This document shows positions 29,201 through 39,399 of a DNA stretch of 64,000 nt, piece by piece. The stretch spans positions 11,470,001 to 11,534,000 of the forward strand of contig NW_026889771.1 in NCBI RefSeq assembly GCF_033153115.1, given 5' to 3'. The first letter of the stretch is position 1. Each line of letters begins with the position of its first letter. The stretch is from Saccostrea echinata (lineage: Eukaryota). The position numbers were made by a program, and so were the translations under genes. Under the pieces are notes generated by a model. It saw nothing but the letters and a program-made list of their open reading frames with translations, was not told the DNA's origin and ran no database searches.

Positions 29201-32200
29201 TTAAATTTGGACTTAATAATTTTTCAAAAAATACTATACAGTCAGTATGTATTTTTTTTATATTTATTTTGGACTTTAAGTGTTTTCTTTTACTGAAATT
29301 TGTATTTCTTTGAACTTAGGAAAATTTACAGAATGTCCTTGCAATAAGTCTGTTGGAATTAATATTTATAAAGGTTGCTTTTATACTATTTACATTTTTA
29401 ATTGCTATTTAGAACAGAAAACTTCAGTAGTTTAAATTTGTTAACTAAACAATTTCATTTTTAAAACATGTCTTTACTAGGTGTGAAATTGTCATTTGGA
29501 AAGAGATAGATACGTCTGAGGGGACACCTGTGCTGTACATGATACTTGTAAACACGCGGTAAATTTTGAAGTTTCAGAGTTTCAGACTTTCTTTTTGTGT
29601 TGAAAAATTTACAGCGTGTTTACAACCGAGTGTTTACAACTATCGCCAACAGCACAGGTGGCCACCTGCAGGCTAACAATAGACGAGTACATGTTATACT
29701 ACTCAAAGAAATAACATGATTTACCCGTGAAAACACATCCCAACCAAAACAAAAACAAACAACATGGAGAGTTCCACTAATTACAGTACCTACGATGTTT
29801 TCTTGACTATACAACTCAATTTAGTATACATTATATTTAATTCATTACGTATTACAATTACATGGAATAGAACTATTTAATTATCCGCTTTTAAAAAAAA
29901 ATTAAATAAGAAATTATTACGAAAGAATTTCGTAAAATAATATAGAAAATGTTGTGAAATTGGTGTAAAGGATAGTTGTTAAACATTATTTCAATCTCTG
30001 GTACCGTATGTATGAGTTAAGTTGTCCGTCAAAAAGGCTATATATTATGTATCTCCCGCTCGTTTTGATCATTATATTTGAACTTTATGGTCTACTTCAC
30101 AGGTCAACTTGAATATAAAAATGGCTGCTCTCAGCGGAAATGATGACCGGAAATAACGATGTTTCGTAATCGGTAAATTTCGTAAGGAATAAAAAATGAT
30201 TCTGATGATTAAATTGAACATCGTTTTTTCTAACATAATTTTAGGTTTATTCAATTGATTCAAGATATTTAAAACCATGTAAATATGTTTTCTCTAACTG
30301 TTCCGATCTCAACATCGGTAATTTTCGTATATATGACACAATATGATTGGTCAGATTTTAAAACTCTTCCGTGCTGTTCTCTGATTGGTCAACAATATTT
30401 CACCCACTCCATTTTGAAAATTCTTCCCGGGACGTGTTGAGAAAGCTGGAGGTGATTTTGAATAAACTCTCATTTGCTCGCGAGTAAAATGGATCGAAAA
30501 ACAGAAGTTCAGCATAATCATGGTACACAGGATCATATATATGAACCAAGGAAAGCAAATACATAAGGAGACTGACGTTTTTAAGGCATCATATCCGGAC
30601 TTTTCTGGTGTAAACAATGACAGTTGCGGTAAGATTATGTATATTTTAGCACATTAAAGTTTCAGTTTTTTAAATAATAACTTAGTACAAAGATAGAGGA
30701 ACAAAGACTGACTTTTTTACCCATTTTGTAGTATTGTAGAAAGATAAAATAGTACGGTTATTGGCCATGTGGGGAACAAGGGTTTTTGTGATAAATTCTG
30801 ATTGGGGAGGGAGGGGTGGAAGATGGGGGTAATTTTCAAGCCTTTGGCTTCCTAGTTCTAATTCATTCCAATTTTTTCAAGTTTACCAGAGACAAATTAT
30901 TTATTTTCCCTTCAAAAACTATTCTGTAATTTGTATAAACTCAAATTTTTTCGGGGGGGGGGGGGTGGGGGGGGGGTAGGTTGGGTTCGGGGGGGGGGGG
31001 CAGTTTATTTAAATAACATTGGGGCACACATTTTGTTTACTCTTTCAACATTTTCAAGGACAGATTGTTTATTACAAATATTTTTTTAAAAATATTTTAT
31101 AAATCAGCCCCCCCCCCCTTTTCTCCAGATTGTCAAATCAATCGGTTGTCCCCTAAGAAACCCCAGATTAAAGAAAAGTAATTTCAATGGTACAATTGTA
31201 TGGAATTTGATGAACTCCGCTGGATCTTTTGGAATTTCAATTTATAATTATTGTTAATTTCAGTCAGCCGAACATTGAAGAAAAGCTGACAAGTCATGGA
31301 GGAAGAAGATCCCTCTCAAGAAAGTATTGCAGGTGTGTGAACTAAACAAAATCTATATAGAATTATTTTGAATGTTAAAATGTGTGTTTTGTTGAGGTAA
31401 TGGTTCATTAAATTTTATTATTATATCATTCTGTTCTATATTTAAAAGTGATGAAGTCAGATGAGATGACAGGTTGTGTGATTTGAAGATGGACTTCTGC
31501 AACAAAGTAAACACTCCTCTACCTTTTCCATACAAAAGAAACAGCAAAGCAGAGAGATCGAAACATTTGGTAAAAGTACAAAGAAAACAGGATTAGTTAA
31601 ACTTGTGAAAAATATCAAGACTATTGAAGAGCAGATTATATGTAAAAAGAAAGATCAAGACTACAATTGGTAGCTGAATCAGTAGCCTAGCCACATTAAT
31701 TACTTTTTAATTAGCTATTTGTACATTTAAGGTAATCTGACTGAGTTACTAAAATTGTTATTTAACAAATATTTCAAATAAATAAAAGATTTTTGAATAA
31801 CAATCAGTAGATGCTATTAAGAACCTCAATCTCCAACCCCTTTTCTTCAAATAACAATTTTTGCCCATGATCATTTTAGTAGTTTTTAAAACTCTGTTTT
31901 GTATTATTTTAAGCATTTAAATGTATTTTTTGTCTATCATTCTTGTACTTTTTTGATATTTTTGAAATACAATCCTTCATGCTGATAAAAATACAAAAAC
32001 AATACATATTAATACAAAATTAATACATTCTATATTTTTTTCATACTTTTTCGTGTACTGTATTATTTTCATATTTTATATCTTTTTTGTATTTTTAATT
32101 GTTCCAGATGAAAAAATACAAAAATAATATATATGATACAAAATTAATATATTCTATATTTTTTTTGTATTTTAATTCTTAAAGGTGAAAAAATACAAAA

Positions 32201-32801
32201 ATAATATATGCTAATACAAAATTAATACATTCTGTATTTTTTCTATACTTTTCTATGGACTGTATTATTTTTATACTTTGGAGAGGAAAATAGAGAAATA
32301 ATACAAAAGTACAAAAACAATACGTTTTTACAGGTCAAGTGTATCATTTCTGTATTATTTCGAAAAAATAAAGTATATTAAAAATATATTTTTCTGTGTT
32401 TGGCTTTTAAAAAGTCTATTATTTTTGACCTAAATTGGAACCAAGATTTAGAGGGTTCCAAATTTGGTCATTAAAAATATACTTTTTTTGTATTATTTTA
32501 GTATTTTTTTCTTGTATTATTTTTGTATTCATTTTCGATATGGGTTGGTATGTTGTTGAATTATTGTTTGGTTTTTTTTTCAGAAATGGACAATACTACA
32601 GCCAGTGGAATGGACCCAGACATAGTTGCCCATAGGATACGTCAAGCAGTGGAATTTGGAGAAAATGACATTGTTCTAGCTCCTTTGCTTCATAAAATAG
32701 TGATAATCATTAGGACATTATTTCCCTCTTTATTCTTTTTGATAATGAGTCAAAGAGCTAAGTCAGGTAGAAAAGAATGTTCAAAGATGAAAACGTCTTG
32801 A
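16945..32801 (+). CDS. DHRS7B: Dehydrogenase/reductase SDR family member 7B, with exon 3 interrupted by a transposon in this haplotype. Exons 16945-17092, 17244-17344, 17485-17635 + 24214-24282, 25680-25772, 25962-26114, 32584-32801
   Basis: N-terminal hydrophobic segment, [46 protein letters not shown]; frames join only if 17636-24213 is removed. Confidence 0.92.
20775..23591. mobile_element. Nested 2.8-kb TIR DNA transposon (PIF/Harbinger-related type, tentative)
   Basis: ~75-bp TIR AGAGATTGTTCTATCTGACGTATCCG...; 3-bp TSD AAT; absent from copy 2, whose empty site (about 29401-29420, reverse complement) reads TTCTGTTCTAAATAGCAAT. Confidence 0.88.
23233..23290. repeat. (GA)n microsatellite
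   Basis: Direct reading. Confidence 0.95.
24578..25620 (-). mobile_element. Degenerate Helentron-like element (TGACC/GGTCA units)
   Basis: TATACCCCC...GGGGG hairpin, GTCCATCTG microsatellite, CAAGGTCA repeats; right boundary approximate. Confidence 0.5.
26137..26311 (+). mobile_element. CAGTCAAAC-type TA MITE
   Basis: TA-CAGTCAAACCTC...AAGTTCAGCTG-TA; second copy at 10393. Confidence 0.75.
27923..28628 (+). mobile_element. Older related tRNA-LTR TRIM with a SINE nested in its 5' LTR
   Basis: TAGCTCAGTTGG and GGTTCAAATCC boxes, PBS TGGTGCTGTG (~28403), GTCTTC-AAGGGAGGAA PPT then TGTGG at 28481, end GTCACA; flanks CTAA/CTAG. Confidence 0.62.
27988..28332 (-). mobile_element. tRNA-head SINE with V-like core
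   Basis: Reverse-complement tRNA head, GGTCTTTCGGATGAGACC core, 3' tail shared with the 40500 SINE. Confidence 0.75.
28818..32544 (-). mobile_element. Same CACTA/EnSpm-like element, copy 2, inverted, in the last DHRS7B intron
   Basis: Reverse complement of copy 1 without the nested insert; CCCATATC...GATATGGG; TSD TT; ends 39 bp before the last exon. Confidence 0.9.
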
Positions 32802-33491
32802 ATTCAGTCAGTGTGGTATATTGTATCTGTTCTTATATGTATTTAAAAGAGTAGAAACATGTCATACCATGTACTTATTTATTAATCCGTGTTATTGTGT
32901 ACATTGCATGTACTTCATGGGGGAGTATCATTCCTTTGATAATTGATACTCATTTCCTCCTTAAATATGGTTAAACTTGATTGATTGCAAGTTGAGTATA
33001 TTGTATAACCACCAGAGTAAATGGTAAGAAAAAAAAGTTGAAAGAATCATACTCCAGGTCATTTTAAAAGATTGCATTGAAATACAGTTACCTACATGTA
33101 TAGGGGAGTAAATGTTTCACTCCAAATGAACCATAAAAGTGTGGGAAAAGGATATTTCGCAAAACTGGAGGACATTTGCATGAAAGGAAAGTGAACATTT
33201 GCATGACATGTATGAAAATTAAATATGGCAAAATGGAAATTGTGAAAAACTAAAATAGAAATGTTAATTATGAATAATTGAGTTTTCCCGCATTTTGGAG
33301 AATAGCTGGAAAACATTGTATGATAGCAACGTGTTTGAATGGTTATGTATAGTAATGCAATGCGGGTCATAGGAAGGCCAGTGTAAAGGGTCAGTATCAT
33401 GAAGTTAAGGTCATTCCAAGCCAGTCTCACACAGTGCAGGGAGCAAAAAACTGTATGCCCCTGAATCTTTGATAACAGGGGCATAAAAATG

Positions 33492-33861
33492 CAGGTCATT
33501 TACTACAGCATTAGACATTGTTAGAAGCAAACTGATCATTTCTGAACAAATTATCTTTGCGAGGTTGATCAAAGTTAACCTGAGTGTATAAACACTGTTT
33601 TTGAAATGTAGCAAATGACAAGACAGTAGCAAGCATTCTAGTCTTCCTATGATACCAGTATATGAACCATGAACTTGTCCTCCTAGTCTTTTTTTTTTTT
33701 TTTTGAAACAGATTCCTGAGATTATTATGCCCATACATTGATACTTTGGACTGTCATCAATGGTGCATTATAAATTGAATGAGGTTCAAATTTTTATACA
33801 AACATTTTAATTCTGAAATATTATAATGATCATAAAACAAGACATGTATTGTTGTCATAAA
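33492..33861 (+). repeat. Local duplicate of the TMEM11 proximal 3'UTR (paralog of 34879-35098 + 35689-35819)
   Basis: Colinear match across the TRIM insertion point, ending at the stop-codon context GTTGTCATAAA. Confidence 0.85.
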
Positions 33862-35098
33862 ATTGTGAAAAATTAAAATATAAATGTTAATTATGAAAAT
33901 AACTACAAGAAGTTTTGGTTTATTGCAAAGGTCCATTTCCCATTTTCCCTTTGCAAAGTTCCCATTTTGCTTTAGTCCTTTTTTTTTTTTCCAGAAATAC
34001 TTGGCTAAAGCAAAATGGTATGTTACAGAGGTAAACAAAAGCCTGTGTGGCACAGTGTGCTTCCTTCAACTTTAGAATCATCTATACGGCAAGAAAGAAA
34101 AGTAGTGATGGCTTTGTTGTACATTGTGTTCAGGGGACAGAGAGCCAACAGACCATCATTTACCATAGCTATGCTGGGAAGGGCAAAGATGTGACATATG
34201 CTGAAAGGTAGACTGGCTGAGAACAGTTCTTATAGGTCGTGTGAGGAAGGCACCATTTAGTAACTACAAATAAAAATTAAAAACAAATCCATACCATTAT
34301 TTTAATGACAATTTGTTTCTAATGAAGTAATTTACTTAATAGAAACAGTCAACCAGTCTCTTGACCATGATTATGAATAATAATTATAAAGATGTTAAGA
34401 GAAGTAACTCATAAATAAAGAACGGTGCCAGTATGTCTGTGTCTTGTTTCTATATATACATTTTCCGCCAAAATATCTAGATGCCATAGGTAAAGAGGCA
34501 ACAATAATATATAATACATAAATGATATGAATTAATTCTCCTATGGTGAAAAATTATGTAGGTCCCTTTTATCAACATTATGCATAGGAAATGCATCGAG
34601 AATTGTAAAACCATTGATTTGACGAAATCTAAAAAAGAAGGTCGGCATGGTGTGTTAAACTAAGCAGAATGTAACCATTAAACCTATACTTGAAAAATTC
34701 TATACAATATCCAGGAACCCTGCCAATGTCCTTAAAGTCTTTTAGTTTAAAAGTTAACATAGTCAAACTCCAAGGTCAAGGTCATGATCGAGGTAAAAAT
34801 ATTAATAGCCAAAGAAAGGTCTTGTAAGAAGGAATACAAGTGAAATAAGAAAGCCTTAGCACCAACCATAAAAAAATACAGGTCATTTACTACATCATTT
34901 GACAGCAAAGTGATCATTTCTTAACAAATTATCTTTGTGAGGTTGATCAAAGTTAAACTGAGTGTATAAACACTGTTTTTGAAATGTAGCAAATGACAAA
35001 AGACTGTAGCACGCATTCTAATATTCCTATGATATATGAACCATGAACTTGTTCTCCTTTTTGGAAAAAGATTCCTGAGATTATTATGACCATACATT

Positions 35099-35684
35099 TG
35101 TAATGGTTTGGGCTGTGAATATCAGCCTGGGTAGCTCAGTTGGTAGAGCACCTGACTAGTGATGCAGGGGTCCCGGGTTCCATTCCTGGTCCATCCATAC
35201 ATTTTCTCCTTTCCTGTTACAGATTTGGTGCCATTGACCACCCCTGGTTTGCAGGTGGAAGTCCTGCCAGCGGCAAATAAGAACTTGGGTTGTGTCTTCG
35301 AGGGCGAAGACAATTTAAGGAGGGAGGAATGTAATGGTTTGGACAGTGGATATTGGCCTGGGTAGCTCAGTCGGTAGAGCACCTGACTAGTGATGCAGGG
35401 GTCCCGGGTTCGATTCCTGGTCCATCCATACATTTTCTCCTTTCCCGTTACAGATTTGGTGCCATTGACCACCCCTGGACTTGCAGGTGAAAGTCCTGCC
35501 AGCAGCAAATAAGAACTTGGGTTGTGTCTTTGAGGTCAAAGACAATTTAATGAGGGAGAAATGTAATGGTCTGGGCTGTGGATATCGGCCTAGGTAGCTC
35601 AGTCAGTAGAGCATATGACTAGTGATGCAGGGGTCCCGGGTTCGATTCCTGGTCCATCCATACATTTTCTCCTTTCTTGTTACA
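35099..35684 (+). mobile_element. Tandem TRIM (LTR-int-LTR-int-LTR) with tRNA-derived 123-bp LTRs (Helenus-like)
   Basis: LTRs 35099-35221, 35330-35452, 35562-35684, each TGTAA...TTACA; A box TAGCTCAGTCGG and B box GGTTCGATTCC inside; PBS TGGTGCC 4 nt after the LTR; PPT AAGGAGGGAGGAA before the next LTR; flanks CATT/GATT. Confidence 0.85.
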
Positions 35685-35812
35685 GATTGACACTTTTGAC
35701 TGTTCATCAATCATGATGCATTATATAAATTGAATGAGGTTCAAATTTTTATACATGTAACATTTTAATTCTGAAATATTATAATGATCATAAAACAAGA
35801 CATGTGTTGTTG

Positions 35813-37577
35813 TCATAAATAGTACATTTTATAAACTTTGTACGCACTGAGAAATACAGCTGAGAGGGACACAATGTTCTGTAGGTATTTTCTTCGAGCA
35901 TCATCCCTTCTAACAAGTACCACTACTGATGTTGACGATAATTCATGTAATGGTAGGTCTTGAATTCTCCTCTTGTTTTTCTCAATCTGATATTTACAAC
36001 AAGGATCACTGGCCCAAGACAATGCATAGATTCCTGCTGTCAGAAAGCTGACTCCAGCCAAGGTATATGAAATCATATCTTTGTTACAATACCCTGTGAT
36101 CAAAGAAATGACACCACTAACAACACTTGATTTGTGAAGAAAATTTCCCATTTTAATCCATCTTGCAGTGTCTTTTCCAAGTGTGAATGGTTCAATTATT
36201 ATGTGTGCCACCTGTCTTTCAAAGGCTACCTCCAACTCTGTTTCTACTTTTTCTTGTTCATCAGGGTTGTCAGGGTCTGTTGTGTCATAAATAATTACAA
36301 AATCTGGGAATGATTCATTTGAGTTCCTGCAATAAGAAAATGTCCACTTTATAACAAAATAATGAGAAATTCATCTACTTTTGAAATAAAGAATTTCCAT
36401 TTTTTGTTACTGTCAATAACTGCTTAATTGGTAAATAGAGATACAGTATCTAATATACTATTAGGGCTTTATCAATATATCGATACGTAACGATATTTAA
36501 GAATGTATCGTATCGAAAAATAACTTCCAATACGTATCGGACAGGCAGATTTTCTTATATAACTCTGTGAAAAAGTTTGGAATTTCAATCACCAAAGGTT
36601 ATATTTTCACTGTTGTGAATTAAAATTGATCAATAATGATACTCATTAAAGAGATGGCACATCTAAGATAAATATTACAAAATACATAGGCAATTTTATT
36701 TTAACATGGATTTCACAGTCGTTAAAAGTTTGAATTTCAAGTGTAATTTGTAATGACAATGAAACAAGAACTTCAAAATGAGTTATAAAACAATTAGTTT
36801 TTATAAAATTCATGCCTTAAATGATTAATGAAACTTTTGATAGACTTGTTAAAGAATCCAATATATCGGATATCGCATTATAAAATATTGTATTGTATCG
36901 TATCGAATTTTTTTGTTCAATACACAGCCCTATATGTACTATAACTAATATAGCACAGAAGATGTATTTTTATAAAATTTACCAATTAATAGTGCCAATG
37001 GCTAATTATATGATCTATAGTTTGCTTTTTAAGGAACAAATAGTAAATTTTAGTCTTCAATATTTTTTTACAATAATATGATTATAAGTCTTATATAATA
37101 TAAGATTTTTTTGTGTCCTACTACAGCATAGATACTTGTAAGGAATGGGAATTTTTCTGTCTTAGTCGTAAGATTTTTTTGTGAAAAGGGTCACTGATGA
37201 TGATCTATAAGATGGTCCACTTGACTCGACGTTTGCAGAACCTGACAATACGATCATTAGATCAACAACATTGATTAAGCAAGCATAGGGGCTTGCTCCA
37301 GGTATGTAAAAAAAAATGTTTATTAAAGAAAACTATACACCAGCTAGACCCACTGTGTTCAGTAGTTGATATATGATTTTTTAAAAATATTTTCTTTTTT
37401 AAACCCAAACTGGCAAAAGGGAACAAGCAAGAAAATATGGATGAATGTACAGAGAATCGGGATCTTTTTGTTACTAAATTAGCACTTAAAATCATTTATA
37501 ATTAATTATACAGTCCTTTATACCTTAATCAAAATTAAAAAGAATTTTTACCGGCGTAAATTTGAAATGAGAGTCAT
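35813..37577 (-). CDS. TMEM11: Transmembrane protein 11, mitochondrial; exons 37577-37552 (MTLISNLRR) and 36326-35813
   Basis: IIIEP..LG..TARWI..GNFLHK, SW..DPCCKYQ, VVLVRRDD..RK motifs; the phase-2 first exon fits the acceptor at 36327 (first exon less certain). Confidence 0.92.
36462..36932. mobile_element. TAGGG...CCCTA MITE (hAT-like, degenerate) in the TMEM11 intron
   Basis: Short TIR and internal TATCG repeats; TSD not clean. Confidence 0.45.
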
Positions 37578-38226
37578 TTTCCTGCTTCTTCTTTTACGAA
37601 AGAGTTGCAATCAAGGGAGCGAACTTGTCTTCGCATAAAAATCCAAGTACCAAAAGTACTGTTAATTCAAACAATACATGTATGGGTTTGTGAGCACAAA
37701 TGCGTCATTTACAGACAGTATTAAACATGACACGAATACCTTGCCAACAGGCAAGTTAAAAAACTATTACATTTCTATAAGTAAGACGTAAAGATGAGCA
37801 ATATTTACCCCACCTCTTTTGATTTTTCGATGAAATCCTGGCTTACGATTTGTTGAAGTTTGTCACGTGAAGGGGGTGTATTACTTATACCTAGTCGCTT
37901 GAGAATCAATACATGGTCGATACGGAGTTATCGTTCTTTTGTAACGTTCGAACAACTCGAGTTCACGCGATTTGCCGAGTATCTGTTGACAATGTTACAG
38001 TTAACTAATGTAAGTAACGAAGATGGAACCTTTTTCTCCTTTTACTGAAATTCTTCAAAACTGTCAGTACGTTATTACAGCACGAAACACTTGCAAATCA
38101 ACATTACGTCACACAACGTGACGTCATAATAGGCATTGTATGAGTGATGAAACATATATATAGTGAGAAAAACAATTTTACAAACCACAGACAATGCATA
38201 AATATTTTATCGGTGGGGTAAATTCG

Positions 38227-38364
38227 TTACATAGTTTTGTAGTGACAGGGTACGGGATGATACCTGGTTAGTAAATTCCATATCTGGCTCGGCTTCGCCT
38301 CGCCAGGTAAGAAATTTACTAACCAGGTATCATCCCGTACCCTGTCACTAAAAAACTATGTAAC
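38227..38364. repeat. Long near-perfect palindrome with CTCGGCTTCGCCTCG centre
   Basis: ~60-bp arms GTTACATAGTTTT...AAAACTATGTAAC. Confidence 0.85.
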
Positions 38365-38384
38365 TAATAATACATGTGACAGAC

Positions 38385-38730
38385 CATCCTCGCAAGCCAG
38401 GGGTCTTGAGTCAACACGTTGCCGTTGGACCCTTGGCATACTAGTATTTCATTCAATATTTGTGGGCTGACTGTAGCGAGGTCTTTCGGAAAAATTACAA
38501 ATCTTGATTGTTTTTCTTATCTCTCAACCAATCACATTAAGCCATTCTATGATAAACAACTTGTAACACGTGCATTTGATGTGTCAACTGAATCCTTGTC
38601 TAAGTATTTACGAAAGCTTTAATTTGATTGGTGCTTCTCAATGAGAGAAGCAAGCCCACGATTATTGAAGGAAATATGCCAGGGGTCCAACGGCAATGTG
38701 TTGACTCAGGACCCCTGGCTTGCGAGGATG
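38385..38730. mobile_element. 346-bp MITE with ~55-bp TIR and 9-bp TSD
   Basis: CATCCTCGCAAGCCAGGGG...CCCCTGGCTTGCGAGGATG; TSD GTGACAGAC on both sides. Confidence 0.88.
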
Positions 38731-39399
38731 GTGACAGACATGGAAGGAAGATAAGAAAATATCCAAGGGCAATAACTCTGCTACTTCAGATCAATTTTCT
38801 TACATTCTAACCACATTTGTTACCAGTAAGGGATCCAGCGGAGGGGGGTGGGTAGGGTTAGGAGCCCCCCCCCCGATTTTCAGAGTTCTAAATTTAACTC
38901 CCACACCCTCTTAGGAATAAAGAATTTCATGTAAAGTTGGTAAGAATATATGTAGACAAAAGGTACTGTGAAGTGTCCCCCCTTCCCCACCAAGAAATAA
39001 GTTTTACATCTTTGATCTGGATCTCCCTGGGATTATGTAAATAAAACAACTTGAAATATATAATAAAATAGATGCTGTTATAAGACAGTAATACCCGCAC
39101 TTAAGTGTTTGCTCCTAAATGTACCCTAGCTACCTTGTACCTGGGTAGTGAAGAAGCCACAAAAGTTATTCTATAATTTACATAAAATATGTATACATGT
39201 ACATGTATCAAATTGAGCATAAAATGCACAGGTGAGGATATGACCATTGGCCTCTTATGTTAGTATTTCTATAATAAATTCATTACCAGTCTGAAAATAG
39301 ATTTAAACGAAGTAAATTCTGATTTTGAAAAGGAGTTTCAGAAGATATTTTTCTGCGAAAAATAAAAACTTGTAAAAAAAAAAAAAAAAAAAAAAAAAC

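Noticed and set aside
19585-30617. Near-identical ORF pairs (19585/30351, 20367/29620, 17500/32435)
   Set aside because: By-products of the inverted transposon copies; no protein features
35122-35508. 128-aa ORF with internal repeat
   Set aside because: Antisense read of the TRIM tandem array
35125-35661. Three tRNA-Thr(AGT) genes
   Set aside because: Acceptor and anticodon stems are imperfect, and each unit is embedded in LTR/PBS/PPT structure
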